From positions 64,001 through 128,000 of the forward strand of contig CBDHDG010000002.1 in NCBI GenBank assembly GCA_965261595.1: 64,000 nucleotides of DNA, read 5' to 3'. A program made the position numbers and the translations under genes. Below are positions 31,681 to 41,730 of this stretch, one piece after another (the stretch's first letter is position 1; every line of letters starts with the position of its first letter). The stretch is from a bacterium. Lineage in GTDB: Bacteria > UBA8248 > JACPRG01 > G963555815. The notes under the pieces are model-generated. The model did no database searches, was not told the origin of the DNA, and was given only the letters and a program-made list of their open reading frames with translations.

Positions 31681-33422
31681 TGAACCGGACTCCGACAACG
31701 GGCGACCCGGAGAAACTGGCAGATTTCATCCGCGTGGCGCGCGGGGATAAGCCGGCCGACCTCGTTCTCCGGGGCGGAAAGGTGGTCGACGTCTTCTCCG
31801 GCGAGATCCGGGAGACGGGCGTCGCGGTTTATCGGGGGCGGATCGCCGGGCTGGGCGATTACGAGGGCAAAGAGACCCACGATCTCGAAGGCCGCTGCGT
31901 TTCCCCGGGCTTCATCGACGCCCACTGCCACATCGAAAGCTCCCTGCTGCCCCCGGCCGAGTATGCCCGGGCTGTTGTCCCGCACGGGACGACCACCGTC
32001 ATCGCCGACCCGCATGAGATTGCCAACGTTCTCGGCTTGGAAGGCGTCCGTTTTCTCCTGGAATCGAGCCGCCACTGCCCGCTCGACGTCTTCCTCATGG
32101 CGCCCTCGTGCGTCCCGGCCTCCCCGCTAGAGACGGCCGGGGCGGTGCTGGAGGCCGAGGACCTCTTCCCCCTCCTGGCGGACAGCCGGATCCTGGGTCT
32201 CGGGGAGATGATGAACTTTCCGGGCGTGGTGAACGGGGACCCCGGCGTGATGGCGAAGCTCGCCGGAGGCGCGGCCCATATCGACGGCCACGCCCCGGGG
32301 CTTTCGGGCCGGGCCCTTTGCGCCTACGTCGCCGCGGGTATCCAGTCCGACCACGAGTGCGTGACGGCGGAGGAGGCCAGGGAAAAGCTGGGGCTCGGGC
32401 TTCACATCATGATCCGCGAGGGATCGACGGCCCGGAACCTGGAAGCCCTGCTGCCCGCCGTTCGGCTGGAGAACGCCGGCCGCTTCTCCCTGGTCACCGA
32501 CGATGTGGACCCCGCGGACCTTTCATCGAAGGGACACCTGGATTACGTCGTGAACCGGGCGGTCCGCTTCGGTCTCGACCCCGTCCTCGCCCTTCAGATG
32601 GTGACGATCAACTCCGCCCGGTGCTTTGGCCTGCGGGACCGGGGGGCCATCGCCCCCGGCCTTCGCGCGGATCTCGCTGTTTTCGAGGACCCGCGCGATA
32701 TCCAGGTCCAACAGGTGTACAAGGAAGGGTCTCTCGTAGCCACCGGCGGGAGGATGGCCTTCTACGGCGACCACGCGCCCGCCGGACGCGTCCGGAACAC
32801 CGTGAGCTTGCGGTGGGACCGTCTTGAGGATTTCTCCGTGCCGGCGGCCGGGAAGCGTTTGCGGGTGATCGGAGTCGTGCCGGGACAGATCGTAACGCGG
32901 ACCCGGGTGATGGAGGCCCGCGTCGAAGCCGGCCTGGTCCTGTCGGATGTGGACCGGGACGTTCTCAAGGTCGCCATAGCCGAGCGGCACGGACGGATGG
33001 GCCACGTCGGATTCGGTTTCGTTCACGGATTCGGCCTGAAGCGGGGGGCCCTGGCCTCCTCCGTCGCCCATGACTCCCATAACGTGGTCGCGGCGGGCGT
33101 CGGCGACGAGGACCTGCGGGCGGGCTTCCGCGCCGTCGAGGAGATGCAGGGCGGGCTGGCCGCCGTCCTGGACGGCCGCCCGATCGCCCGGCTTCCCCTG
33201 CCCATTGCCGGGCTGATGAGCGATTCGCCCATCGAAGTCGTCACCGCGCAGCTTGAAACGCTCCACGCGGCGGCGAGAGATTTGGGCTGCGGGCTCGATT
33301 CACCCTTCATGACCCTGTCGTTTTTGGCCCTGGCCGTGATTCCCGAGCTGAAGATCACGGACCTGGGCCTGGTGGACGTGACAAAATTCGATTTCGTTCC
33401 GCTTTTCGAGGATGAAGACTGA
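31677..33422 (+). CDS. ade: Adenine deaminase
   Basis: DAHCHIESS, DPHEIANV, EMMNFPGV, DGHAPG, DHEC, SVAHDSHN, LAVIPELKITD. Confidence 0.93.
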   Translation: MMNRTPTTGDPEKLADFIRVARGDKPADLVLRGGKVVDVFSGEIRETGVAVYRGRIAGLGDYEGKETHDLEGRCVSPGFIDAHCHIESSLLPPAEYARAVVPHGTTTVIADPHEIANVLGLEGVRFLLESSRHCPLDVFLMAPSCVPASPLETAGAVLEAEDLFPLLADSRILGLGEMMNFPGVVNGDPGVMAKLAGGAAHIDGHAPGLSGRALCAYVAAGIQSDHECVTAEEAREKLGLGLHIMIREGSTARNLEALLPAVRLENAGRFSLVTDDVDPADLSSKGHLDYVVNRAVRFGLDPVLALQMVTINSARCFGLRDRGAIAPGLRADLAVFEDPRDIQVQQVYKEGSLVATGGRMAFYGDHAPAGRVRNTVSLRWDRLEDFSVPAAGKRLRVIGVVPGQIVTRTRVMEARVEAGLVLSDVDRDVLKVAIAERHGRMGHVGFGFVHGFGLKRGALASSVAHDSHNVVAAGVGDEDLRAGFRAVEEMQGGLAAVLDGRPIARLPLPIAGLMSDSPIEVVTAQLETLHAAARDLGCGLDSPFMTLSFLALAVIPELKITDLGLVDVTKFDFVPLFEDED

Positions 33423-33473
33423 GGCCCGTCGCCCGGTTGACCCAACCCGCTGATTGAGAGAAGAGAATCCGTC

Positions 33474-34199
33474 ATGACCGATTCCTGCAAGATCAGATAC
33501 TACATTCCCGCCCACGACGAGGACGTCCTGCGGGAGGCCATCGAGTCCGACGCCGAGGTCATCATCATGGACCTGGAGCAGAACTGCCCGTCCGAGAAGA
33601 AGGACGCGGGCCGGGCGCTTGTCCAGCGGGCGTGCGCGGAGATGGATTTCAAAGGGTCGGCGAAATGGATCCGGGTCAACATCGTCGGGTCCGCCGAGCT
33701 GGACGAGGACCTGAAGAGTCTCGAACGCCTGCCGGACGGAATCGTCCTCGCCCAGGCCCGGAACGGCCAGGAGGTGATGACGCTGGCCGCGGCGCTGGTG
33801 GACGTCGAGCGGCGGGCCGGGGTCGGGCTGAACTCGATCCCCATCGTTCCGAACATCGAGTCGGCCGACGGGCTTCGGAACGCCTACGAGATCGCCTCGA
33901 CCAGCGCCCGTGTGTCGGAGCTCGGATTGGGCGGGGGCGACATGCTCAAAGACCTCGGAGGCATCCGGACGCCCAAGGGCGGGGAGCTTTTTCACGTACG
34001 CGCCCGCCTGGCGGTCGAGGCCACGGCCGCGGGGGTCCGGCTCATCGATACCGTCACGCCCGTAAACGCGAGCGACGAATACCTCGAGCGAGACACCCGG
34101 GAGGCTTTCAAGCTGGGTTTTCAGGGAAGGGGAACACTGACCACGCGCCACATCGCCCCCATCCGCCGGATCTGGGCGGAGATGACCCAGGGCGGCTGA
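33474..34199 (+). CDS. CitE/HpcH-HpaI aldolase-citrate lyase family protein
   Basis: IIMDLE...KKDAGR, WIRVN, IESADG, LGGGD; short for the family. Confidence 0.75.
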   Translation: MTDSCKIRYYIPAHDEDVLREAIESDAEVIIMDLEQNCPSEKKDAGRALVQRACAEMDFKGSAKWIRVNIVGSAELDEDLKSLERLPDGIVLAQARNGQEVMTLAAALVDVERRAGVGLNSIPIVPNIESADGLRNAYEIASTSARVSELGLGGGDMLKDLGGIRTPKGGELFHVRARLAVEATAAGVRLIDTVTPVNASDEYLERDTREAFKLGFQGRGTLTTRHIAPIRRIWAEMTQGG

Positions 34200-34246
34200 T
34201 CATCCGCGGCGGGGCTTTGGGCGTTTATGGATAGGAGAAGAATCAA

Positions 34247-34300
34247 TAAAAAAAGAGCCGGGAAGACCGGAGGCCGAGGCTCTCCCGTCTTCCAGGCTCT
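34247..34300 (-). terminator. Rho-independent terminator downstream of hup, possibly bidirectional
   Basis: Long GC hairpin (AGAGCC..GGAAGAC / GTCTTCC..GGCTCT) followed by a U-tract on the minus strand. Confidence 0.6.
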
Positions 34301-34381
34301 GTGTGAGACCGGATCCGCGCACAAGGCGGAAATTACATGACCGAATCCCGGACCCGTCCGAAGACCGGGTGGAAATAACCG

Positions 34382-34654
34382 TTAGCTGACCGCTTGTTTC
34401 AGCTTGCCGCCCGCTACAAATTTGGGGACCTTCTTTGCGGAAACGGAGATGGATTCACCCGTTCTCGGGTTTCTCGCCATACGGGCCTTCCGCTCCGCGA
34501 CCGTAAAGGTGCCGAATCCTGACAGGACCACCCGCTCGCCCCGCTTCAGGCCCCGGACGATCTCTTCCAGGACGCCGTCAATGGCGAGCTCCGCCTTGGT
34601 CTTCGGAATCTCGGCGCTTCTGGATACGGCATCGATGACATCGGCTTTATTCAT
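34382..34654 (-). CDS. hup: DNA-binding protein HU
   Basis: MNKADVIDAV...GFGTF...ARMARNPRTGE...VPKFVAGGKLKQAV. Confidence 0.95.
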   Translation of the reverse strand: MNKADVIDAVSRSAEIPKTKAELAIDGVLEEIVRGLKRGERVVLSGFGTFTVAERKARMARNPRTGESISVSAKKVPKFVAGGKLKQAVS

Positions 34655-34755
34655 CCTCTTTTCCTCCCTCCCGGAGATTGAATCGCGCCCGTTATTCCAA
34701 TGATCAGGCCGATTCTCTTCCTGATTCGTTCACGACCCCTAAGGTGCGTTAAGTT

Positions 34756-34820
34756 CCCCTACATCTAGGGATATTCCACAGGCCAGCCACAATATGTGGT
34801 ATTTAATATCAACTTGTCAA
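34756..34820 (-). promoter_or_regulatory. hup promoter (TTGACA 34820-34815) overlapped by tandem NrdR-like boxes
   Basis: CCCCTACATCTAGGGA (34756-71) and CCACAATATGTGGTAT (34787-802), 31 bp apart. Confidence 0.6.
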
Positions 34821-34974
34821 GATATTTCTTCTACGTTTTGTCGAGGGGCCGAAGCACTATTCTTTCGAGGGGGGAGGGGGGGGAGTGGAAGGGACTTCCA
34901 CAATCACGCGGGCGCCGGCGCTGCCGGCCGTTCGATGTGCGGCCCGGCCGGACCTTAATCCGGCGCGGGGCGGG

Positions 34975-35703
34975 TTAAGGATTTTTGGAGTCCGAAGGGA
35001 GGTCGGGGGCCGGAAGGCCCGAGTCTTCAGCCGTCGTGCTTTCCTGAATCAGCCGATCTGCTTCCCGCAGTCCCGCCTCGACCCGCGCGACGGCCATCTC
35101 AGTGGAGAAATGGCGGGAGGGCTTGGCGAATGCGCGCGGATAAGAGGTCCGGGCGATTTGTTCCGTGTTCTCTCCGGTTTGGCGCTTGTCCCAAATCTCC
35201 AGGTACCATTCATAAATGCGGAGGTCCTCGGGAGGTGCGGCGTCTTGATCGGGAAGAAAGTCCGGGTGTCGGTCGATTCTGCGCTGTGTCAGATCCTCGA
35301 GGACCGCGTCGAGGACGGGCAGGAGGTTGGCCCGGGGGGTTCGGAGGTCCACTTCGATGGTCACCCGGAATTGGCCGCCGTCCTCCCCGTTCCCTTCCAA
35401 GCCGTCCGGGTCGAGCACTTTCAGCCCGGGAAAACCCGAGACCTCCGGCCGGTCCCCGAAGGGATACACGATGGGCAGACGAATCCCGTCCGGGGTTTCC
35501 GACGGGTCGGGGAGCGCGCCGAGGAGATACTTCGCCATCAACCGAAAGGCCTCCCGCCGCACGGGTTGGGCTTCCTCGGAGCCGTGGCGGGAGATCAGGG
35601 CCCTGTAAGCGGCATGGTCCGCCTGGTACGCTTCGCTCCTCCGCAGAAATTCCCAGCGCAGATCGAGCAGCTCCCGAAGGAGGAGGAGGGATTCTCTTTT
35701 CAT
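34975..35703 (-). CDS. Putative transcriptional activator with a DUF6499-like WEFLRR motif (FseA/RovC-like)
   Basis: LRWEFLRRSEAYQADH near the N-terminus; HTH-like C-terminus (TEQIARTSYP...RVEAGLREADRLI). Confidence 0.55.
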   Translation of the reverse strand: MKRESLLLLRELLDLRWEFLRRSEAYQADHAAYRALISRHGSEEAQPVRREAFRLMAKYLLGALPDPSETPDGIRLPIVYPFGDRPEVSGFPGLKVLDPDGLEGNGEDGGQFRVTIEVDLRTPRANLLPVLDAVLEDLTQRRIDRHPDFLPDQDAAPPEDLRIYEWYLEIWDKRQTGENTEQIARTSYPRAFAKPSRHFSTEMAVARVEAGLREADRLIQESTTAEDSGLPAPDLPSDSKNP

Positions 35704-36717
35704 TGAGCGGGACACCGGTGTTCTCCCTTTTCACCCGATTGAGCCCGCCGCGCTCCGGCTGTTCCGCGCCTCCGTTCTTCCCGGGGGCGAGCCAGGACGC
35801 GGTTGGGGGAGAAAGGCATGGAATGTCCTTCCCCATTGTACCCCTATTTCTCACAACCGATATGATTTGCCACTTGGCGTCCCGAGCCCGCGTTATCCAT
35901 CCGCGACGGGCGGATCGGACGAGAGAAGGTTGCCGCGCCTTTCTATGGGAAGCGCGGGTCGCCCCGTGGGTGGGATTTTTTGGTTCTTGGAAAAGCAAAG
36001 GCGGATTGGGAAACGCCCAAGATACAAAATGGCCCGGGTCCCGCCACACGGAGAAGACTTTGTCTTCTTCAGTGCCTCAGCAGACGAGACCCAGGCCGGG
36101 GGTCTATACTCTTAAATCCCCGATTTAGAAGTTCAATTAAATCAAAACGTTAAATCTGTCGTCCTTATAAAGAGGATGAGCTTTCTACGCCACCCATCCG
36201 GAACCACGTTAATGTATCAAATTTAAAGCGAGTTGGCTACAAACTTTTTAAAAAAACATTGCTTTCTCCATTCACCGAACCGGAAATCAGGGGGTCTCTC
36301 CCTTCCTCTTCCCGGGCTTTTCATCTTGAGGTTGGGGTGATCCCGGGGCAGGTTATGGATAAGAATGATCGGCGTAACCGGATTTCTCGGGGCGCTGGGA
36401 TGACAATCACACCGGGGGTCGCACGTCCTCCGATTCATCCCGCGGGCGTTGGATTCGTACGGCGAAGTGTCAGGAACGGGTATAAGTTATCCGGGGAGGG
36501 GATGGGAACAAGGAAAGCGTTTGATTCGGCTCCCGATAGCGGGTTGAACGGGCTTCGAGCGTGTTGTTCCGGCTTGGCCTGATCGCGGGGGCGCGAATCC
36601 GGATTCTTCGAGTTCGGACCGGCCCCGGTTTCTCGCGCCGGGAACCCAAGCGGCCAAGTGGCGCGATTTATGCATTCAACTTGACATTTGAAAGAGTTGC
36701 GTGCTGAATATTGAAGC

Positions 36718-36746
36718 TTGACGAGAGGTTCACTCCCCTTTAGAAT
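36718..36746 (+). promoter_or_regulatory. sigma70-like promoter of the amidase-der operon
   Basis: TTGACG-17 bp-TAGAAT. Confidence 0.5.
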
Positions 36747-36751
36747 CCTAA

Positions 36752-38134
36752 ATGGGAGGAATGGTGAGGAAGACTTTGGTTGTGAACATGCGGAGGAGAT
36801 ATTTCGGGTTCGGCGCGGCGCTTGCGGCGGTGGTCTGCCTGCTGTCCGGCTCTCTTTCCTCTATCGCCGGGGCCGAATCGGCGTCGGTGATCGACATCCG
36901 GGTGTGGTCCAACCCTCAATCCGCGAGGGTTGTTGTCCATCTGGATGGCGCGGCGAAATTCGCCCATGACCGCCTGCGATCGCCCAGCCGCATCTTCGTG
37001 GATATTCAGGGAGTGACGTTGAATCTCCGGGATGTGGAGAAGATGCGGATACGTGGCGGCGGCGTGCTGAAGGGAGTCCGGATCGGGCGCCGCGCGCCTT
37101 TGACGCCGCGGATCGTCCTGGATCTGAAACAGTTTCAGTCCTACAAGGTTTTTTCTCTCACGGCCCCCGACCGGATTGTGATCGACATCAACGCCCGGCG
37201 CCGAAAGCGGCCGGTCCGAGGCGCCGGGGTCAGGACGACGACGGCCGTTCCCTCGCTGAAGCCATTGCCGGCCTCGTCCTTGTCCTCCGCCGCGACGCTG
37301 AAGCGAATACGGCCCGCCACGCCGAGACGGTCCGGCGGAATCCCTCGCCGTCTCTCGGGGGTTCCGGCCCGGGACGCTCCGCGGACATTGAAAAAGGAAG
37401 CCCCGGCCGGGCCGGAGGAGATGAGCCTGGCCGAGCGGTTCCGGCGGGGGCTGGGAAAGATCGTCATCGATCCGGGTCACGGGGGGAGGGACCCCGGGGC
37501 CATCGGCCATTCCGGTATTTACGAAAAGCACGTTGTTTTGGACATTGCCAAGCGGATGGCGCGGTCCCTTCGCGGAAAGCTGCGGGCCAAGGTGTTCTTG
37601 ACGCGCCGAGGGGATCGGTTTGTTTCCTTGAAGAGGCGAACGATCTTCGCGAACCGGAAAAAGGCCGACCTGTTCATCTCGGTTCACGCCAACTCCGCCC
37701 AGAACCGGCGGTTGGGCGGGATTGAGACTTATCTCCTCAGCGAGGCCACCGACGAACGGGCGAAGAAAGTGGCGGCCCGTGAAAACAACATTCCCGTAGA
37801 AGACCTGGATGACTTGCAGATTATCCTGGCCGACCTTCGGATGCGGGGGTTGAGTTACGGCTCCTTTCCCCTGGCGGAATCCATCCATCAAGCCATTCTC
37901 TCGAATCTATCCCGCCGATACAGAGGCATCCGAAACCTGGGCGTGAAGCGGGCGCCCTTTTACGTCCTCCTGGGCGCCGAGATGCCGAGTGTTCTGGTCG
38001 AGGTGGGATTCCTGACCAACCGCGCGGGCGAGCGGCGGCTGAGGTCGGGGAGGTATCGCCAGGCGCTGGCCGTCTCCATGGTCCGTGGAGTCCGGAAGTT
38101 CATCAGGCGCAAGCGCCTGGCCCAAGTCAACTAA
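36752..38134 (+). CDS. N-acetylmuramoyl-L-alanine amidase, AMIN + Amidase_3 (AmiC-like); start uncertain
   Basis: Signal peptide, PSRIFVDI, IVIDPGHGGRDPGA, ADLFISVHANS, MPSVLVEVGFLTN. Confidence 0.9.
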   Translation: MGGMVRKTLVVNMRRRYFGFGAALAAVVCLLSGSLSSIAGAESASVIDIRVWSNPQSARVVVHLDGAAKFAHDRLRSPSRIFVDIQGVTLNLRDVEKMRIRGGGVLKGVRIGRRAPLTPRIVLDLKQFQSYKVFSLTAPDRIVIDINARRRKRPVRGAGVRTTTAVPSLKPLPASSLSSAATLKRIRPATPRRSGGIPRRLSGVPARDAPRTLKKEAPAGPEEMSLAERFRRGLGKIVIDPGHGGRDPGAIGHSGIYEKHVVLDIAKRMARSLRGKLRAKVFLTRRGDRFVSLKRRTIFANRKKADLFISVHANSAQNRRLGGIETYLLSEATDERAKKVAARENNIPVEDLDDLQIILADLRMRGLSYGSFPLAESIHQAILSNLSRRYRGIRNLGVKRAPFYVLLGAEMPSVLVEVGFLTNRAGERRLRSGRYRQALAVSMVRGVRKFIRRKRLAQVN

Positions 38135-38158
38135 TCCCTCGCAGCGGACAGTCAGCCC

Positions 38159-39520
38159 GTGAGTTCTCCCCCCTTGGTCGCCATCGTCGGCCGGCCCAAT
38201 GTGGGCAAGTCCACCCTGTTCAATCGAATCATCGGACGCCGCGCGGCCATTGTAGAGCCGACGCCCGGTGTCACCCGGGACCGGAATTTCGCTGACGCCT
38301 CGTGGAACGGACGCGATTTCACCCTCGTGGACACCGGCGGCATCGGCGGCGTCCGGGAGGAAGATCCCCTCGACGAGGCGATCCGGGAACAGACCGAGCT
38401 GGCGGTCTCCGCCGCGGATGTGATTCTGATGGTCCTCGATGGGCGGGAGAGCCTGACGCCCGGGGATGAGGAAGTCATCGGGGAACTGCGCATCTCCGGC
38501 CTGCCGGTCGTCGTTGCCGTCAACAAGATGGACAGCCCCAAGCAGGAAGCGGGCGCGGCCGAGTTCTACCGGTTGGGCGTCGAGCGTTTCCGCCTGATCT
38601 CGGCCGAGCATGGCCGCGGGGTGGGCGACCTGCTCGATGAGATCGTCACCCTGCTGCCGGAGAGCGGGGAGACGGAAGAAACGGGCGGCCGGGTGGCGGT
38701 CGCCATCGTCGGACGGCCCAACGTCGGAAAATCCTCTCTGGTGAACCGGCTGCTGCGGCAGGATCGGCAGGTCGTGAGCGAGCTGCCCGGCACGACCCGC
38801 GACGCAATCGACACCCCGGTCCGGATTGACGGCCGGGAATATCTTCTCATCGACACGGCGGGGATGCGGCGAAGGGGGAAAGTCGATACGCGGCTTGAAC
38901 ACCTGAGCGTGCGTTTTGCGTTGAAGGGTCTCGACCGGGCGGATGTCGCGGTTGTCCTGATTGACGGTGAAGAAGGGGTGACGGCGCAGGATGCCCACAT
39001 CGCCGGCGACGTTGTCGAGGCGGGCGTTGCCTGTGTGTTGGCGGTCAACAAGTGGGACGCTGTTCCCGCCGGGCGGAAGGACGTGGATCGCGCGACCCGG
39101 GAGTTGAGGGAGCGCATGAAGCACGTCACGTTTTCACCCGTGGTGACCATCTCGGCCCTGACCGGGACCCGCGTGCGGAAGATCTTCGACCTGGTGGATC
39201 GCGTAGCGGCCGAGCGAGGGAAAAGGGTGGAAACGGCGGATCTGAACCGCTTCGTCGAAGAGGCGACGAGGCGAACGCCTCCTCCGCCGGTTCGGGGCCG
39301 GGACGTCAAAATCTATTACGTCACGCAGTCGTCGATTCATCCGCCGACATTCGTTTTTTTCGTGAACCGGCCGGCCGCCTTCCACTTCTCCTACCAGCGG
39401 TTTTTGGTGAATCAGCTCAGGAGGCGCTATGGGTTCGAGGGGACGCCGTTGCGGCTATATTTTCGCCATCGATCGGGTCGAAACACCTATTCGGCCAACG
39501 CTACATCCTTCAAGCGGTAA
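38159..39520 (+). CDS. der: Ribosome biogenesis GTPase Der (EngA)
   Basis: Two GRPNVGKS G-domains, DTGG and DTAG, NKMD and NKWD, C-terminal FEGTPLRL. Confidence 0.96.
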   Translation: MSSPPLVAIVGRPNVGKSTLFNRIIGRRAAIVEPTPGVTRDRNFADASWNGRDFTLVDTGGIGGVREEDPLDEAIREQTELAVSAADVILMVLDGRESLTPGDEEVIGELRISGLPVVVAVNKMDSPKQEAGAAEFYRLGVERFRLISAEHGRGVGDLLDEIVTLLPESGETEETGGRVAVAIVGRPNVGKSSLVNRLLRQDRQVVSELPGTTRDAIDTPVRIDGREYLLIDTAGMRRRGKVDTRLEHLSVRFALKGLDRADVAVVLIDGEEGVTAQDAHIAGDVVEAGVACVLAVNKWDAVPAGRKDVDRATRELRERMKHVTFSPVVTISALTGTRVRKIFDLVDRVAAERGKRVETADLNRFVEEATRRTPPPPVRGRDVKIYYVTQSSIHPPTFVFFVNRPAAFHFSYQRFLVNQLRRRYGFEGTPLRLYFRHRSGRNTYSANATSFKR

Positions 39521-39551
39521 TTGAAGAATGGGTAAGCATCTCGTTGACTCC

Positions 39552-39580
39552 TTGACATTTCTACGTCGATCGCTTAACAT
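39552..39580 (+). promoter_or_regulatory. sigma70-like promoter upstream of the EF-G paralog
   Basis: TTGACA-17 bp-TAACAT. Confidence 0.55.
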
Positions 39581-39638
39581 AAATTCAAAATGCACAGGAC
39601 CGAAAATTGCCATGCACCTCATGGAGGCCCGCTAGCGT

Positions 39639-41726
39639 ATGAAGAACTATGGCATCGATCTCCTTCGCAACGTCGGCCTGATCGGCCACGGGGGGGTTGG
39701 AAAGACATCGCTTGCGGAGGCCATGCTTTTTGTTGCCGGGGCGACGAAGCGGTTGGGACAGGTGGATAACGGGTCGTCGATATTCGATTACGAGGCCGAG
39801 GAAATCAAGAGACAGGTCAGCATCAGTGCGATGCTTGGGTTTTGCGAGTGGAACAAATTTAAAATCAACATCATAGACACCCCGGGGTATTCCAACTTCG
39901 CGGCCGACGCCAAGGGTTGCATGGGTGTCATGGACGGGGCCGTGGTTGTGATCAATGCGGAAGAAGGCGTTCAGACCCAAACGGAGAAAGTCTGGGGGTG
40001 GGCGGAGGAGTCCGAGGTCAGACGGCTGGTCTTTTTCAACGGAATGAATCGGGAGCGGGCGGATTTCACGGCGGCGCTTGCCGGCACGGGGGATTTGCTG
40101 ACGCCCAAGCCCGTGGCCGTGCAGCTCCCGATCGGGTCGGGAGACGGGTTTCGCGGGGTGGTCGATGTCATCCGGGAGACGGCGCACCTGTTCGCCGCGG
40201 ACGGCAGCGGAAAGATGGAGAAGTCCGAGATCCCCGAAGACCTCGCGGACGCTGTTTCCGAGGCCCGCGAGCTGCTCATGGAGGCCGCGGCCGAAGGGGA
40301 GGACGAGCTCCTTGAGAAGTACCTGGAAAGCGGAGCGCTGAGCACCGAGGAGATTGTGGCGGGTCTTACCGCGGGGGTTCGGGAAGGCCGGGTGGTTCCC
40401 GCCCTTTGCGGCGCGGCCGACAAGCTGATCGGCATCCAGCCCCTCCTCGCCGCCGTCGTCGAGATGCTCCCCTCGCCGCTCGACCGGCCGGCCATGGGCG
40501 CGAAGGACCAGGACAGCGGAGAGGCCGTTGCCGTTGAGGCCGATGAGAAGGGCCCGCTCCTCGCACAGGTCTTCAAGACCGTGTCGGACCCCTATGCGGG
40601 GAGACTGACTTTCTTCCGCGTGTTCTCGGGAACACTGAGCTCGGATTCCAACGTCATGAACGGGTCACAGGATGAGCGGGAGCGCATCGGGCAGCTTTAC
40701 TGCGTCCAGGGGAAAGAACAGATTTCGGTGGAATCCTTGTCCGCGGGGGATCTGGGCGCGGTCGCCAAGCTCAAGGCGACCAAAACGGGGGACACCCTTC
40801 GCGAGGAGAAATCCACCGTTTTGTTCAACCCCATTGATTTTCCGAAACCCGCCATCTCCTTCGCCGTGGTTCCCAAGGCCAAGGGGGATGAAGAAAAGGT
40901 CAGCACCTCCATTCAACGCCTCATGGAGGAGGATCCGACCCTGAAGCTCTCCCGGGATCCGCAGACCAAAGAGATGATCCTGTCGGGCATCGGCGACCTG
41001 CACCTGGAAGTCGCCATGGAGAAGATGAAACGGAAATTCGGCGTGGAGGTCGAGTTTCACACCCCCCGGGTGCCCTACCTGGAGACGATCCGCCGCTCGG
41101 CCCAGGCCCAGGGAAAATACAAAAAACAGACAGGGGGGCGCGGACAGTACGGGGACACCTGGATCGAGATCACCCCGATGACTCGGGGGGGGGGGGTCGA
41201 ATTCATCAACAAGATCGTCGGCGGGGCCATTCCCAAGCAGTACATCCCGGCCGTGGAAAAGGGAATCGTCGAGTCGATGGAGACCGGCCCGGTGGCGGGA
41301 TATCCCGTGACGGACATACAGGTGAGGTTGTACGACGGAAGCTTCCACAACGTGGATTCCTCGGAAATGGCCTTCAAGATAGCGGGTTCCATGGGGTTCA
41401 AAAAGGCTTTTATGGAAGCGAGGCCGGTCTTGCTCGAACCCCATACGAATATGGAAATCTCCGTGCCGGGGGACATGGTCGGGGATGTCATCGGAGACCT
41501 GAATTCCCGCAGGGGAAAAGTGTTGGGCATGAAACCCATGGGCGCCGTCCAGGTGGTTCAGGCCCAGGCGCCCCTGGCCGAGGTCTTGACGTATGCCATC
41601 TCTTTACGGGCCCTCACGGCCGACCGCGGCAGCTTTACGATGGAGTTCTCCCATTACGAAGAGGTGCCGGCCCTGATGGCCGAGAAGGTGATCGCCGAAT
41701 CCGGGGTCGGTGTAAAGGAAGCATGA
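39639..41726 (+). CDS. fusA: Elongation factor G paralog (EF-G2 type)
   Basis: GHGGVGKT, DTPG, KKQTGGRGQYG, DGSFHNVDSSEMAFK; G1 and G2 diverge from canonical EF-G. Confidence 0.88.
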   Translation: MKNYGIDLLRNVGLIGHGGVGKTSLAEAMLFVAGATKRLGQVDNGSSIFDYEAEEIKRQVSISAMLGFCEWNKFKINIIDTPGYSNFAADAKGCMGVMDGAVVVINAEEGVQTQTEKVWGWAEESEVRRLVFFNGMNRERADFTAALAGTGDLLTPKPVAVQLPIGSGDGFRGVVDVIRETAHLFAADGSGKMEKSEIPEDLADAVSEARELLMEAAAEGEDELLEKYLESGALSTEEIVAGLTAGVREGRVVPALCGAADKLIGIQPLLAAVVEMLPSPLDRPAMGAKDQDSGEAVAVEADEKGPLLAQVFKTVSDPYAGRLTFFRVFSGTLSSDSNVMNGSQDERERIGQLYCVQGKEQISVESLSAGDLGAVAKLKATKTGDTLREEKSTVLFNPIDFPKPAISFAVVPKAKGDEEKVSTSIQRLMEEDPTLKLSRDPQTKEMILSGIGDLHLEVAMEKMKRKFGVEVEFHTPRVPYLETIRRSAQAQGKYKKQTGGRGQYGDTWIEITPMTRGGGVEFINKIVGGAIPKQYIPAVEKGIVESMETGPVAGYPVTDIQVRLYDGSFHNVDSSEMAFKIAGSMGFKKAFMEARPVLLEPHTNMEISVPGDMVGDVIGDLNSRRGKVLGMKPMGAVQVVQAQAPLAEVLTYAISLRALTADRGSFTMEFSHYEEVPALMAEKVIAESGVGVKEA

Positions 41727-41730
41727 GTTC

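Noticed and set aside
35716..36750. Possible replication origin in the 1-kb AT-richer intergenic region
   Set aside because: Only scattered partial TTATCC matches; no cluster of good DnaA boxes and no dnaA/gidA context.
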